From assembly GCA_964016885.1 (NCBI GenBank), contig OZ024742.1, positions 27,094,001 to 27,158,000 on the forward strand: a stretch of 64,000 nt of DNA. Direction: 5' to 3'. The position numbers and the translations under genes were made by a program. The stretch comes from Eledone cirrhosa. Lineage: Eukaryota. Position 1 is the first letter of the stretch. Each line of letters opens with the position of its first letter. Below the pieces are notes generated by a model, which made no database searches, was not told the origin of the DNA, and saw only the letters and a list, made by a program, of their open reading frames with translations. Below, one piece after another: positions 43,333-56,445 of this stretch.

Positions 43333-43531
43333 ATAGGAAAATGTATGTCCCCGACGGCAGAGCCCAAGCCATTTCGACGGCTATTTCTGGACGTCCAGAA
43401 ATAGCCGTCGAAACGGCTTGAGCTCTGCCGTCGGGGTCATACATGTTCCTATTACCAACACTACTACCCTACGTATTGAGTTCTCTGGTGCGTTACGGTA
43501 CATCTGGTTCCTTACCACAACTCGTTCGTTA
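43333..43531 (+). mobile_element. PLE pLTR 3' end with a 120-bp loopless palindrome
   Basis: 43333-43452 is a palindrome centred on GGAC|GTCC with about 4 mismatches. It contains the hammerhead 3' half AATAGCCGTC-GAAAC. Confidence 0.8.
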
Positions 43532-43693
43532 TATATATATATATACATATATATATACATGTGTGTATGTGTGTGTGTGTGCATGTGTATATATATATAT
43601 ATGTATATATATTACACATATATATATATATATAACATCTATGTATATATATAAAACATCTATGTACATATACATATTATATCTATATATATC

Positions 43694-43749
<56 letters not shown>

Positions 43750-43962
43750 CACATGCAAATATATATTTATATATATATACATATATATGCGTGTGTGGGT
43801 TTCTATGGTGGAGTGATTCTATCTATCTACCTCTATATTGCATTCATACGTAATTATTCCAAGAGCTATGCATACCAAACTCAACCCGACAATGTTACAT
43901 CACTGAATGTATATGTATATATATACATATATACATACATATATACTTACATATATAAATAC

Positions 43963-44038
<76 letters not shown>

Positions 44039-44574
44039 TTGTGTGTGTGTACATGCATGCAAACATATATAAATATGTAAGTGTATATGTATTTATGCAT
44101 GTTTGTTTGCGTATGTATGCAGATATGTATGAATATATGTTTGCGTATCTATGTATGTTTGTTAGTGTATGTAGATATGTATATATGCAGGCCTATTGGA
44201 GTCGTCTGCTAGTATTCCGGCAATCATACACTAGTCAAGCATTTGAGTAGAATTAGTGTAATTCTGCTTCAGTTGCTGAGCTTCAATTTATATATTAAAT
44301 GAGCTTACATGGTAACAAATACCTGTACGTGCACCAGCCCACATATACACCTATTCATATTGATTTACAAAGTGTCTGTATATATATATAGTTGTTATAT
44401 AGTGAGGTGCATTATTGGTTGTGTAAAATGGTCCAATAACTTTATCTCAGCAAATTAAGTACTCCACGCTTTTGTATATCTCCAATTCCATTCAAGGGAA
44501 CAGCTAGATGATGTAAAACGGAGTATAGTATCAAAATGAAAATCCGAAGGCAAGGTAAAATTGCAATCATTTAA

Positions 44575-44648
44575 TCACGACACATGTTTCAATAAGAGAT
44601 AGACCGATTGTGAAGTCATGACCGATTATCACTGATCTCATCAGGTGA
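44575..44648 (-). ncRNA. Type I hammerhead ribozyme, left arm of an inverted pLTR pair
   Basis: TCAC-CTGATGA-GAT...ATT-GAAA-CATGTG-TC-GTGA; stem I TCAC/GTGA; triplet GUC. Confidence 0.7.
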
Positions 44649-44784
44649 AAATGAATTGTCTTCAAATTCTTGATATGAGGGAGAAAAATAACGATGTTCT
44701 CTCACAGAATATGAGGGAATGAATTCTGTGAGAGAACATCGTTATTTTTTTCCCTCATATCAAGAAGTTGAAGACAATTCATTT

Positions 44785-44858
44785 TCACCTGATGATATCA
44801 GTGATAGTCGATCATGGCTTCACAATCGATCTATCTCTTATTGAAACATGTGTCGTGA
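44785..44858 (+). ncRNA. Type I hammerhead ribozyme, right arm of an inverted pLTR pair
   Basis: TCAC-CTGATGA-TAT...ATT-GAAA-CATGTG-TC-GTGA. The arms 44530-44710 and 44723-44904 are ~180-bp reverse complements. Confidence 0.68.
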
Positions 44859-44899
44859 TTAAATGATTGGAATGTTACCTTGCCTTCGGATTTTCATTT

Positions 44900-44966
<67 letters not shown>

Positions 44967-44972
<6 letters not shown>

Positions 44973-45052
44973 GTTGTAACATGAATTCCAACCGTTTTTT
45001 TTTTATTAAGAGGTTTTAATACAACGGCGGAAATTTATATTACAACCCAATA
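44967..45052. mobile_element. ~85-bp mariner-type MITE (MADE1-like architecture) in (TA)n
   Basis: TIRs TATTGGGTTGTAA / TTACAACCCAATA. Confidence 0.75.
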
Positions 45053-45090
45053 TATATATATATGTAGTATCTGTATATATACGTATATAT

Positions 45091-45707
45091 AAACGGAAAA
45101 AATGAAACGATATTTCATTTCCCACTCTTAGTACGGCTGTTACTTAAATATAAGTATGTATACGTACATACATATATGTATACCGACGTACAGTAGTATG
45201 TATATATATATATACATACATGCACACATATATATATGCACGTATGGATTCACCGAACATTTATTATAATGCTCGGTGTGTTTGTAAACAAACATCCCGT
45301 ATTAAGCCGTAGTGTCTATCAACCACCGTTGCTCGTTTGTTCAACACTGACAAAGGAACGCTGTACTAGTTTCAAGCTTGTTAGCTATCGTCAGCAACGT
45401 ATACCTTCCTGCCAGATTGTTGAACGTATATACTTACCTTATGCATATTAACGGCTGAGTAGCCCAATTTGCATATCGAGTGGGTTAATCGGCCGGGTGC
45501 ACCGAAAACGATAAACGGAAAAAATGAAACGATATTTCATTTCCCACTCTTAGTACGGCTGTTACTTAAATATAAGTATGTACACGTACATACATATATG
45601 TATACCGACTTACAGTAGTATGTATATATATACATACATGCACACATATATATATGCACGTATGGGTTCACCGAACATTTATTATAATGCTCGGTGTGTT
45701 TGTAAAC
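45091..45707 (-). mobile_element. Partial-tandem PLE pLTR / retrozyme-like element (~422-nt monomer plus ~195-nt partial copy)
   Basis: 45091-45288 is repeated at 45513-45707, with a hammerhead between the two copies. No credible ORF. Confidence 0.75.
45359..45399 (-). ncRNA. Minimal type I hammerhead ribozyme
   Basis: CGTTG-CTGACGA-TAGCT(aaca)AGCTT-GAAA-CTAG-TA-CAGCG: 5-bp stem I, 4-bp stem II, palindromic stem III ACTAGT, triplet GUA. Confidence 0.8.
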
Positions 45708-45767
45708 TGAATATATACTGAATATATACTGAATATATACTGAATATATACTGAATATATACTGAAT
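45707..45767. repeat. 11-bp tandem repeat (CTGAATATATA), about 5.5 copies
   Basis: Read directly. Confidence 0.9.
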
Positions 45768-45851
45768 TAAAAGTTTTGTGGAAATATCCAAGAGTAAGAG
45801 CACTCAGTGCATAGCACGAGTTTAGTATAAATAATTAAAACAGTGACATAA

Positions 45852-46178
45852 ACAGGTTCTCAAGTTTCGTTTCCCAAATTCCGAAAACGGAACGTTTTTT
45901 TTCAGGATGTCGTCCGCATACAATGCTCGCGTTTGCCGCCAAACCTGACTCGAAACGAGCCACAGTCAACCAAAGTCAGGCAGTTGTGTCTCAGTGTTCC
46001 TACCAGTCAGGCACACATCGCCTCTGCTGCTCACAAAATTTTCTTATTTTTTGTTGATTTTTTTTATTTTACTTTCAAAACTTTCAAAATGTCAAAAAGA
46101 TATGATGTGTTAAAAATCGACGCAAAAATTCCGAAAAATTCCGAAAACTTTCGAAATCTGAAAAGCTTCTGGTCCCAA
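45852..46178. mobile_element. pogo/Tigger-like non-autonomous DNA transposon remnant
   Basis: Starts ACAGGTT..AATTCCGAAAA and ends TCCGAAAAATTCCGAAA..AAAAGCTTCTGGTCCCAA, similar to Tigger/MER2 subterminal sequence; truncated by (TA)n. Confidence 0.5.
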
Positions 46179-46336
46179 TATATATATATATGTATATAAC
46201 AAATAAAAAAATGAAATTAGAGACTCACAGTAATCCCCTATAATTTAATGAGCTCAAGGTATAGATAACGGGCTCTTTAAGATAGTATATAGAACAAAAT
46301 ACACAAAAAGTTATGTGTTCAATTATAGGGGAGAGA

Positions 46337-46885
46337 ATACCACCAGAGTGAAAATCCTATTATCTATAAACAGAATGGAAAATACATATTAATTATAATG
46401 ATGAATTAAAATGTAGAGACCATTCTTTTATGACTATATATCATGGACATGCAGTAAGTATGTTTCGCCACAAATAAACTGTAGAATCAAACCTTTTTTT
46501 TTTAATTTGATATATTGGCTCCTGTTTCATTTCTATATGTAAGTTGAGCATCTTAAGCTGAATGTTTCTCGGCTGCTATTTTTAGCGGTCTTTTGTTCTA
46601 TTCACACCATCATGTCCTACATAGCCCGCATGTTTTCTCTTTATACCATGTGCTCTTGCTAATTGTCTGATAGTTTTTTAGAAGTGTGGATCATATTGTT
46701 TGTTCCTCCTGTTGACAATCCCTCAGCAGTATGATTCTACACTCTATTTTTGGCGAAGCGTGCTTACTGCATGCCCTGGAGATATAGTTATAAACGAATG
46801 GTCTGTACATTTTAATTTATCATTTTAATTGTTGTCTATTTTCCATTCTGTTCGTAGATAATATGATGTTCATTCTGGTGGTATT
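46337..46885. mobile_element. Old inverted pLTR-like pair (46337-46492 / 46728-46885) with decayed hammerhead
   Basis: The arms are visibly diverged reverse complements. The + arm reads GCAGT-ATGA...GGCGAAGCGTGCTT-ACTGC. Confidence 0.6.
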
Positions 46886-46988
46886 ACATAATATAATTGT
46901 ATATATATGTGTGTGTGTGTATACTGCATGGAAAAAGTAACTGTAGAGGGGTGCTTATATAAGTGTATATGTTTTGTTCGACCCCAGC

Positions 46989-47082
<94 letters not shown>

Positions 47083-47087
47083 TTATT

Positions 47088-47179
<92 letters not shown>

Positions 47180-47521
47180 CATACACAGAAATTGACTGCT
47201 ACCAAATGATTCACGGCCCCATATTAACCATACCACCGGAATACAAGTGGCATGACATTGCTGAACTGAAGTAGTATCACTATATATTGAGCCTTGAAAC
47301 ATTGGGTAGCGCTTATGTTCCGTGTATGAACATAAATAAATATAAATAAATATATTTCAGATAAAAGCACAGTTTTCCTTTTTCCATTCCACACCAACGA
47401 ATATTGTTACACACACACACACACACAATCAATGGTCAACTAAATACGCATGTGTGTTCTTTTCTCTCCATTTCATTTTCTCATTTTTCTCTGTCTTTTG
47501 TCTTTATCTTCTTTTTCTAAC

Positions 47522-47560
47522 TCAATCTGATGAAGAACTAGTGTCTGAAACGTTAAGACT
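47522..47560 (+). ncRNA. Minimal hammerhead core with decayed stem I
   Basis: CTGATGA-AGA(actagtg)TCT-GAA-ACGT-T; palindromic stem III. Confidence 0.5.
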
Positions 47561-48461
47561 CTCTTCCTGTTATATCAAGCGTTAAACCAATATATATCTT
47601 CCATATACTCTGCCTTTTGCTTTGTTATTTCTGTTTACATATATATTCTCTTAAATTCTTTACTGCTTTATTTGTTTTTAATTCTATACGTTATTCTAAC
47701 TTTACTCTGACATATATGAATGTAATGATAATAAAAAGTTTCGTAAATCAGACAACGATTTGCAGGCAAATGTTAAACTTCATCAAAATGAGTTCCATAA
47801 AACGTAAAGTTGATGTGAAATATTGCCCATAAATTTAATGTAGTTTACACGTAATGAAATATAATTTTATTTAGTGAATGAAACTTCCATATATTTTTTT
47901 ACTTGTTGTTCATCTGTAATTTATTATGAAAAGCCAAGGAGTAAATATTTCTGTGAAATTGACTCCTATTAAGGTTATATATATATATATATTAAAATAT
48001 GAAAATCTGAAAATTCTTTCTACAAGTTCCTTTTATAGAAAATATTAATATCTTATCAAATTAAAACACAATAGATGGAGGCGTTAGGATATGGTACATT
48101 TGAGACATTTTCTATTTTATGACATACTTGATGAGGAATGGTAGTGTATGTGATATTTTTGCAGTGCTTCTCTATATGAATGGGAGAAAGATAGGAAGAC
48201 ATAACGACTCAGGTTTTATTGCAGTGAGATATATTACTGAAATTTATCTGAACGTTTCTCTGATTCGGATATCTTCTTCCACATTTCCCAACTCAATATG
48301 AAGGTAGCCATGAGACAGGTACTGTAGGTAAACCTATAAAATATTACGTCTATCACTGAGTGACTAATGTTGAGACTTAAAAGTGTAATAAATAAGTAAG
48401 TATAGATGTTCTCTCTCTTTCCTTCACTGCCTCCGTCTCTCTCACTCTCCCCATCTCTCAC

Positions 48462-48830
48462 TATTATAAGCAAATGGGAACTCCCACGTTGGCCGCTCTG
48501 CAGCCCCGACGGACAGAATAGAGAAGCCATTTCCCCGCAGGATGGTGAGTAAGACACCTTGGAAGAGCCATTCCAGGTCGCAAGGGTCACACCTGTGTAT
48601 AACAACTCCGTGCCGATGGTGCTGAGTAAGGAAGTGGTCCTAATTCCAAGGATACCAGAAGTTTCCACTGTTACGGGCTCGACCGCAAACCTGTCGGAGA
48701 GCAACCGATATTTAGAAAGTTTACCCTCCTTGGCCCGACGTGCAGCAGAGCCTGGATTATTGCAAACTGCACGAGGTTGCCGCTGGAGAATATCTTGCTG
48801 TATGTGGCATCCCTGATGAGGGGTTTATCG
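48462..48830 (-). mobile_element. CRE-like non-LTR retrotransposon 3' end (RLE domain)
   Basis: LIRDAT..NPGSAARRAKEGKLSKYRLLSDRFAVEPVTVETSGILG..EWLFQ..ILRGNGFSILS resembles the CRE pattern WDAT..AA..K..KY....F.P.AVET.G..QRGN. Confidence 0.75.
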
Positions 48831-49574
48831 CTGAAGAGCAAATTGAAGCCATATGACGATCGTCAGTAGAGTCTCTATCCAACAAATGTAATCTACCCCA
48901 GATTTGTCATCAGTGTGACACAATGGGATTAAACGGAGATTCTCAACTAGTGAGAGTAAATTCTTTAGAAGATCTTTAAGATATTTAAGTGAAATATAGA
49001 AGAAAGATTAGATGAGCATGACTGAAATTCTTATACTAGCACTTCCGCTTTGAGGATGACCTCCAGAACAAAGATTTCACAGAATTTTCGGTCTTTAAAA
49101 TACGTCATTTTATTTCTAATTTGGAAAAAGGCAATCTAATAGTTTGATCTTCATGGTATTTTCCAGACTATTATTTGCACAAGAGAAATAAGGTGAATGG
49201 AATATCGTTGTTATTAGAGGAGAAGTGGGGACTGTTCTCATGGCACTTTATCTGTGAAAATCAATATTAAGTTGGATTTTGTTGCTTTCAACTGCGCGTA
49301 TCCGTTCCCTCTTTGGGAAAATGCCAACAGTTGGAAATTCGATAGAAATGAGATATAGGCAAGCAGAATTTTAAATAAGTTATACTAATAGAATCTGTGC
49401 ATCTAAACGTGTATAAATATAGGTGCCATGTTCCCTGGTAACTTAGCACATTCCTGTGCTATTTCTACACCTAGATTTTAAAGGGTGAAAATAATATTCA
49501 TATAAATTTTGATTTGCTTGTAAACAAATAGAAAAACAAAAATCAAATTTTTCAAAACGTATATCATAGCAATA

Positions 49575-50040
49575 CACACAACCCCACCATTATCACCACC
49601 ATCGCTACTACCACTACCACGACCACCAACCTCCTCATTACCACCACCACTAACACCAGCACCATCATCACCATAACCACCACTACGACGAGGAGCATCA
49701 TCATCACCACATCTACCACGAGCACCATCATCATCATCACCATTACCACCAGCACCATTACGACCACTACAATCACCACTACCACCCCTACAACCACCAT
49801 CACCACCACCGCATCAACAAACCACCACCTCCACAACTACTACCACCACCATCACAACCACAAACCACCACCTAGACAAACACAGCCACCACTACCACCA
49901 CCACAACCACAAACCACCACCTCCACAACTATCACAACCACCACAACCATCACTACCACTACCACCACCACAACCACAAACCAGCACCTCCACAACCACC
50001 ACTACCACCACCACCACTAACACCACCACCACCACCATTA
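49575..50040. repeat. (CCA/CAT)n low-complexity tract
   Basis: Read directly. Confidence 0.9.
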
Positions 50041-50247
50041 TTTTATTGTTTTCGTTTTGGGATTATGTATGATATATAATATTTATATTGAACGGTGATG
50101 GGCTTTAGGCCTTGGGTGTGGTGGTGTTGGGGATGCTCCCCGCGGACCGCAAAGTCAAGGGCTGCTGGCTCCAGCTGTAACGGGAAGCCAGCTGTGCCCA
50201 GGCTCCTTTTCATTTAGACTTGGAAAAATATCTAAATAATTCTTAAA

Positions 50248-50427
50248 TAATTGTTTCTACTTTTGGCACAAGGCAAGCATTTATCCAGTACATTACTGGT
50301 ATTTTAATTTATCGACCCCGTAAGGATGAAAGGTAAAGTTAACCTCGAGGGGATTTGAACTCAGACTGTAATGGGAGGTAACTATGCGTCAAAGCATGGC
50401 GTCCAACCGTCTACCGATACTGCCAAT
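50248..50427 (-). mobile_element. Family A SINE
   Basis: Full-length reverse-complement match. Confidence 0.85.
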
Positions 50428-50816
50428 TCTTAAATAATACCAATACTCTTTGTTTACAATTGTAGAAATAACATTATGAATGGCCCTGTGGGTATGTAGA
50501 GGAAAGGACTGTAAAAGCCATAAATGACAGAAATAGTGGGGAAAAGCTAGGATTCTAGGGCCACAGAAGAAGAGGAGGGGAAGAGGGTAATAGGCTCTGG
50601 GACTGTGCGTGGTGGGGTTGAAACTGCGCCCTGCGGACAATGGCCACCGACATACTCAGCAACAGCCACTCCACCTCGTGGTGCTCCTTCCTCAGTCGGG
50701 TTGCTGACGTAACGATCTGGCAGAGGTGCTCGGCAATACGGGCTCCAAGTACGCCTGAGGTCTCGAGGGCGGCCGGACAATCCTCGGTAATTTGTTGGTC
50801 TTCCTTTCTTCTGCCT

Positions 50817-51675
50817 CTGTGTGTGTATATACGTGTATGTTATCTATGTGTGTGTCTACGTGTATGACTATATGTGTGCGTGTGTACGTGTATGTACATG
50901 TTCGTGTGTGTGTATCTACATGTTTGTGTGTCTGTACGTGTATGTATATTTGTGTGTGTATGTCTACGGGTATGTCTGTTGTGTGTGTCTGTGTATTTGT
51001 CTGCCTGTGCATGTATGTGTGTGTGTGTCTACGTGTATGTCTGTTTATGTCTGTCTGTGTGCGTGTGTACCTTTATAGCTGTGTGTGTCTGTATACGCAT
51101 GCCTATATGTGTGTATGTGTATTTCTGTGTGTCTGTATATGCATGCATGTCTGTGTGTGTGTATGTATATGTGTCTGTATATGCATGCCTGTCTGTGTGT
51201 GTGTATGTCTGTGTGTATGTATATGCATGCCTGTCTGTGTGTATGTATGTCTGTGTGTCTGTATATGCATGCCTGCCTGTGTGTGTGTATGTATGTGTGT
51301 CTGTATATGCATGCCTGCCTGTGTGTGTGTATGTATGTGTGTCTGCATATGCATGCATGCCTGTGTGTGTGTATGTATGTGTGTCTGCATATGCATGCAT
51401 GCCTGTGTGTGTGTATGTCTGTGTGTCTGTATATGCATGCCTGTCTGTGTGTGTGTATGTCTGTGTGTATGTATATGCATGCCTGTCTGTGTGTGCGTAT
51501 GTCTGTGTGTATGTATATGCATGCCTGTCTATGTATGTCTGTGTGTCTGTATATGCATGCCTGTCTGTGTGTGTGTATGTCTGTGTGTATGTATATGCAT
51601 GCCTGTCTGTGTGTGTGTATATGTATGCCTGTCTATGTATGTCTGTATGTGTATGTCTTTATGTCTGTATATGCA

Positions 51676-51757
<82 letters not shown>

Positions 51758-51775
51758 TATGTGTATGTCTGTGTA
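50817..51775. repeat. (TG)-rich tract containing a 42-bp minisatellite (~51130-51620)
   Basis: Unit GTATATGCATGCCTGTCTGTGTGTGTGTATGTCTGTGTGTCT; it gives the 14-aa periodicity in the ORF track. Confidence 0.9.
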
Positions 51776-51889
51776 AATAATCATTAGTTAAATACAGTAG
51801 CGCCAAAGAGTTATTCACTAATTATCTCATGATACTCTTTACATTCTTTAAACTCTCAGGCGATAATAACGCATATTTCTTTATCTCAA

Positions 51890-52444
51890 ACAACCCCACC
51901 ACTACCGCCGCCACCACCGCGACCAACACAGCCACCACCTCCACCATCACTACAAACGTCATCATGACCATCACCACCACCACCACCACCTCCAGCACCA
52001 CCACCATCATTATCAATATCATCATTTCCAACATCAACCCCACCACTACCGCCGCCACCACCACCACCATCACCACAAACGTCAACATGACCATCACCAC
52101 AAACGTCAACATGACCATCACCACCACCACCACCTCCTACACAAATATCATTAGCATCATCAATACCAACAAAGAGGAGAGAGCGAGAAGTAATGTTAGA
52201 GAGAGGGGAGGGAAGGTGAACGAGAAGTAGAGCCAGGGAGTGTGAAGAAGGGAGAAAAAGAACGTGTGAGAAATAGACAGTGAGAAAGAGAGAGGATAGA
52301 GTAAAGAGAGAGAGATTAGAAAAAGAAAAGTAGTGTAAGAGAGAGAGAGAGAAGTTGAGTTAGAGAGAGAGTATGTGTGTGTGTGAGCGAGAGAGAGAGC
52401 AAGAATCAGAGGAGAGAGAGAGGGGGAGAGAGCAAGAAACAGAG

Positions 52445-52480
<36 letters not shown>

Positions 52481-52486
52481 CAAGAA

Positions 52487-52542
<56 letters not shown>

Positions 52543-52580
52543 AATAATCAGAGGAGAAAGAGAGAGAGAGAGGAGAGAGA
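51890..52580. repeat. (CCA)n tract followed by (GA)n tract with repeated GCAAGAATCAGAGG
   Basis: Read directly. Confidence 0.85.
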
Positions 52581-52738
52581 TATATACAGTAACTTCTGTT
52601 GTTGTTGGTTCTGACGGGAGTATTTATAAAACAGGTACCAACAACAAATATTGCCATCAGCTAAATTCATTGAAAATTCAATCTGCTGGAACCATTTTCC
52701 TGCAGAAATTGGCCTTGTGCCTTACCAAAAGAGATTAT

Positions 52739-52912
52739 TGGATTGGCAGTACCGGTAGAGGGTCGGACGGCATGCTTTGACGCATAGAGTTACGGCCCTT
52801 GCCATTCTGAGTTCAAATCCCGCCGAGGTTAACTTTGCCTTTCATCCTTACGGGGTCGATAAAATAAAGTACCAGTAATGCACTGGCCTTGTGCCAAAAG
52901 TAGAAACAATTA
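52739..52912 (+). mobile_element. Family A SINE (close to consensus)
   Basis: GGATTGGCAGTACCGGTAGAGGGTCGGACG..GAGTTCAAATCCCGCCGAGGTTAACTTTGCCTTTCATCCTTACGGGGTCGATAAAATAAAGTACCAG. Confidence 0.9.
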
Positions 52913-52959
52913 TTGTTAATATATATTATCATTAAATCAATTATTATCAAAATATTGTC

Positions 52960-53285
52960 GTTGTTGTTGTTGTTGATGATGGTGATGATGATGATGATCG
53001 TGATGATGATAGTGATGGTGATGGTGATGATGATGATGATGGTGATGGTGATGATGGCAATAACTATAAAATTAATATTATTAAAATAATCAACATTATG
53101 TCTCATTTATTATTAAGAGAAGTGATGGAGGAGGTAGTAATAGGCCTACTACTACTAATGCTTCTACTAGTACTACTACTACTACTACTACTACTGATGC
53201 TGCTGCTGCTGTTGCTGTTGCTACCACTACTATTACTACTACTACTACTATGACTACTGCTGCTACAACTACTACTACTACTACA

Positions 53286-53333
<48 letters not shown>

Positions 53334-54120
53334 GCTACTACTACTACTGCTACTGCTACTACTACTACTGCTACTATTACTACTACCCTCATCATCATTA
53401 TGTTAACCATCATTATCATTATCAGTATTATTGTTAATATTATTATTTTCCCTCTTGCTGTTCTCACGATAATGACATTAATATATAAAAACAATAATTC
53501 TGGAAATATATTTGCAGCCCGAGACAATTAGAATGTTACTGGTAAAGAGCGGGGGGGGGGGTAGAGTGAGGGGGGATAAAGTGAGGGGAGGGATAGCGTG
53601 AGGCGAGAGAGAGAGGGGGAGGGGGGATAGAGTGAGGGAGAGGGAGAGGGAGAGATGGGTGGGGATAGAGTGAGGGAGAGAGGGAGAGGGAGAGAGAGAG
53701 AACGGAGATGGAGAGAGGAGGGGGTTGATGGAGTGTGGATGTATATGAGAGAATGTTGGAGAGAGGTAGATACAAAGATAGAGAGAGGGGGATAGTGAGA
53801 GAAACTGAGAATGAGGGAGGAGTGTATATGAGAAATTTGTGGGAGAACGGTAGCTACAAAGATCGAGGGGCATAGAGGGGGGAGAGAGAGATGGAGAGAG
53901 AGGTGAGAGAGATGGAGAGAGAGGTGAGGGAGATGGGGAGAGGGATGAGGGAGATGGAGAGAGAGGTGGAGGGGTTGAAGAGGAGAGGTGGGGGAGAGGC
54001 GGGAGGTGAAGAGAGAGGGCAGAGAGAGTGAGAGAGGCGGGAGATGAAGAGAGAGGTGAGGGTGAAGAGGAAGTGGCAGAGAGATGGAGAGCGAGTGTGA
54101 GGGAGAGGGAGAGAGAGACT
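52960..54120. repeat. (GAT)n, (CTA)n and polypurine (GA/GGA) low-complexity tracts
   Basis: Read directly. Confidence 0.88.
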
Positions 54121-54977
54121 GAAAAAAAGGTGAAAGAGAGTGTGAATCAGAAAAAATACCTCATATCCGGAAATCATGTGTATTTTGAATAATGGAGTTG
54201 TATGAGTGTTAATCGGGATAAAACCGGATCTTTTTCTATCAATATAAACGAAGAGATTGGAAAGAGATGTTGGCTATTCGTTGTGAAAACAATAGTAATC
54301 TAATATGGAGCACTATTCAACAATTATTTTGGCCTTGATTATAAGAAGGGGGAGGAATTTAATGCTGTTTTTATAGGTGAAATCTAATCTTTAATATCAA
54401 CAGGTTATCATTTCACGATGAATGTCTTTCATTTCGATTTGCAATAAACATAAAGAATTTCTATAAGAAGCTTCATTTTTTTTTTCTTCATCTATTTACC
54501 ATAATCATTATTAATGCTATTACCATTGTTATCGTCGTTTATATCGTTGTTGTTGTTGTAGTTGTTCTTGTTACTGTTGTGTCATGCGCAACCGACTCTT
54601 GGCATCTGTCGTGAGGAATGTTCAGACATACTCGATAGAAATTCAAATACCGTATCTTTTAAAGGAAGATATGAGTAATGATTGCCTGGGAACGGTTCTA
54701 AGTATCCACCTTGTCAGCTTAATTTGTCTCTTCTGGAATAATTTAAAGTAGGTTATTGTAAATACATTTCAAAGCATTCTAACAGGGCTGTACTACAAAG
54801 GATCTTTGCTTCTTTGAGATAAATTCTACAAACATGAACGAACTGAAGTAACAACAACCTAATCTGTAGGAAGTGCGCTTGGGATGAAGAAATTGTCTAA
54901 CCTATAACCGTCTAATGTCCGCGCTATGCCGAATTGTGGGCTTGTGTTGATTAAATGTTATTTATTATGTATATGGC

Positions 54978-55262
54978 GGAGGTCTGTGGCCTAGTGGTAA
55001 GGTTGGTGGACCTACGATCATAATGTCGTGAGTCCGATTCCTGGGCTGCGTTGCGTGTTGTGTTCTTCATTTCACGTGTTCCAGTATACTCAGCAGAAAA
55101 TGAGTACCAGCAATAGCTGGTGGTTTTACTCTGCGATGGACTGGCGTCCTCTCCAGCGGAGGGGGGAGTATTGTATGCTCAGTCGCTTCACGCTATGAAA
55201 CCGGAATAAGCACCGACCTAACAAGTCCTCCGGCTTAAGACAGATTTTAGACTTTTAGACTA
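54978..55262 (+). mobile_element. tRNA-derived SINE with V-domain-like core (family C)
   Basis: GTGGCCTAGTGG, GTCCGATTCC, TGCGATGGACTGGCGTCCTCTCCAG, TTTTAGAC tail; paralog at 14600-14886. Confidence 0.78.
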
Positions 55263-56147
55263 GGGTGGATCCAACTTTCAATCAAGTCTGATGTGAAGAT
55301 TGAACTACCGCCTTCCTTTTCTAAGGAAGTAAACCTAGCTTTCCTCAGCCTGTTGGCTTTGTTAAATGAAGCCGTATGATAGTTGTGGGTGAATTGTTAA
55401 GGGAAAAGCTTTTCCTTAAGGAGAAGCCCTCATCAACTTCTTCAAATAACACTTGATGAGAAAAATAAAATTAGTGCGGGGCATACTATCGTTCAGTGCA
55501 TTTTGTGACAGATGACTAAAATGTCTCTGCTAAAGGGGTTTATAGCAAATTTGTGATTGTGGGTTGGTGACAAGAACTGAAAGAAGGGACTTCCTTTGGC
55601 ATATTATTACAATCTGTGGTTATGTGAAGTATGTCCTTAATCAACCTATGCACTGTAACCAAACTACATGCTATTCAAAATTATACTATCATACAGCAAT
55701 GTCATTATATCTAAAGCAGCATGCCTTCTGTGTATATAACCTGCGATATATTTATGAACCCGTAACATGTAAAGAGGTCGTAGGGACGCCTTTGTGCCAT
55801 ACACCATGTGTGAGCACAGCTCATGTCTTTAAAAAGTGAGTGAGAATGATAATGAAGAAGTAAGAAGGAGATACAGAGAAATAATGTATTCCAGTACTGG
55901 ACTAGCATTTCTTTTATCCACTTTGAAAATATGAAACTCAATGTTGCCCTCAACGAGATTTGAACTGAGAAAGCTGACAACTGAAACGAATACCACAAGG
56001 CATTCTATCTGCATAACATTGTTGTTCCATTATTAAAAGCTGCATGTAAGTGATCGTTGTAAATGTGAAAAGTATTGTAAAACAACGATGGTGACATTTC
56101 CAGTCTTTCTCTGCAAGTTAAAGGTCAGTCCCCTTCGTGGTCCCGAT

Positions 56148-56445
56148 AGACAAGATTTAGAAGACATTGTCTCGGAGGATGGCGAGGGAGCCGGGCTAGA
56201 GCAGCCTCTCTACCTAGTGGGGATCGCTCTTCCAGATAACCAACTCCTGTCCGATAGCAGGCAGTAGGGATGTGGTCCGGGGTTAAAAAACACCTGAGGT
56301 CTCCACTGCCACAGGCTTGACCACAAACCTATCAGAGAGCGGCTGATATTTTGACAGAGTTCCCTCTTTGGCCTGACGAGCAGCGAAGCCTGGGCTGGTA
56401 GCCGAACGCACCACGATGTCGCTGGAGAATGTGTCGCAACATGAA
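56148..56445 (-). mobile_element. CRE-like non-LTR retrotransposon 3' fragment
   Basis: CCDTFSSDIVVRSATSPGFAARQAKEGTLSKYQPLSDRFVVKPVAVETSGVF*PRTTSLL..AILRDN; colinear with 48462-48830. Confidence 0.75.

Noticed and set aside
48812-48840. Hammerhead at CCCTGATGAGGGG
   Set aside because: No GAAA or stem III, and it lies antisense to the CRE-like LIRDAT codons.
50660-50710. HDV-like ribozyme (CCACCTCGTGG resembles P3/L3)
   Set aside because: P1, P1.1 and J4/2 could not be built.
50792-51787. 331-aa Cys-rich ORF
   Set aside because: It is a (TG)-derived 42-bp minisatellite open in several frames.
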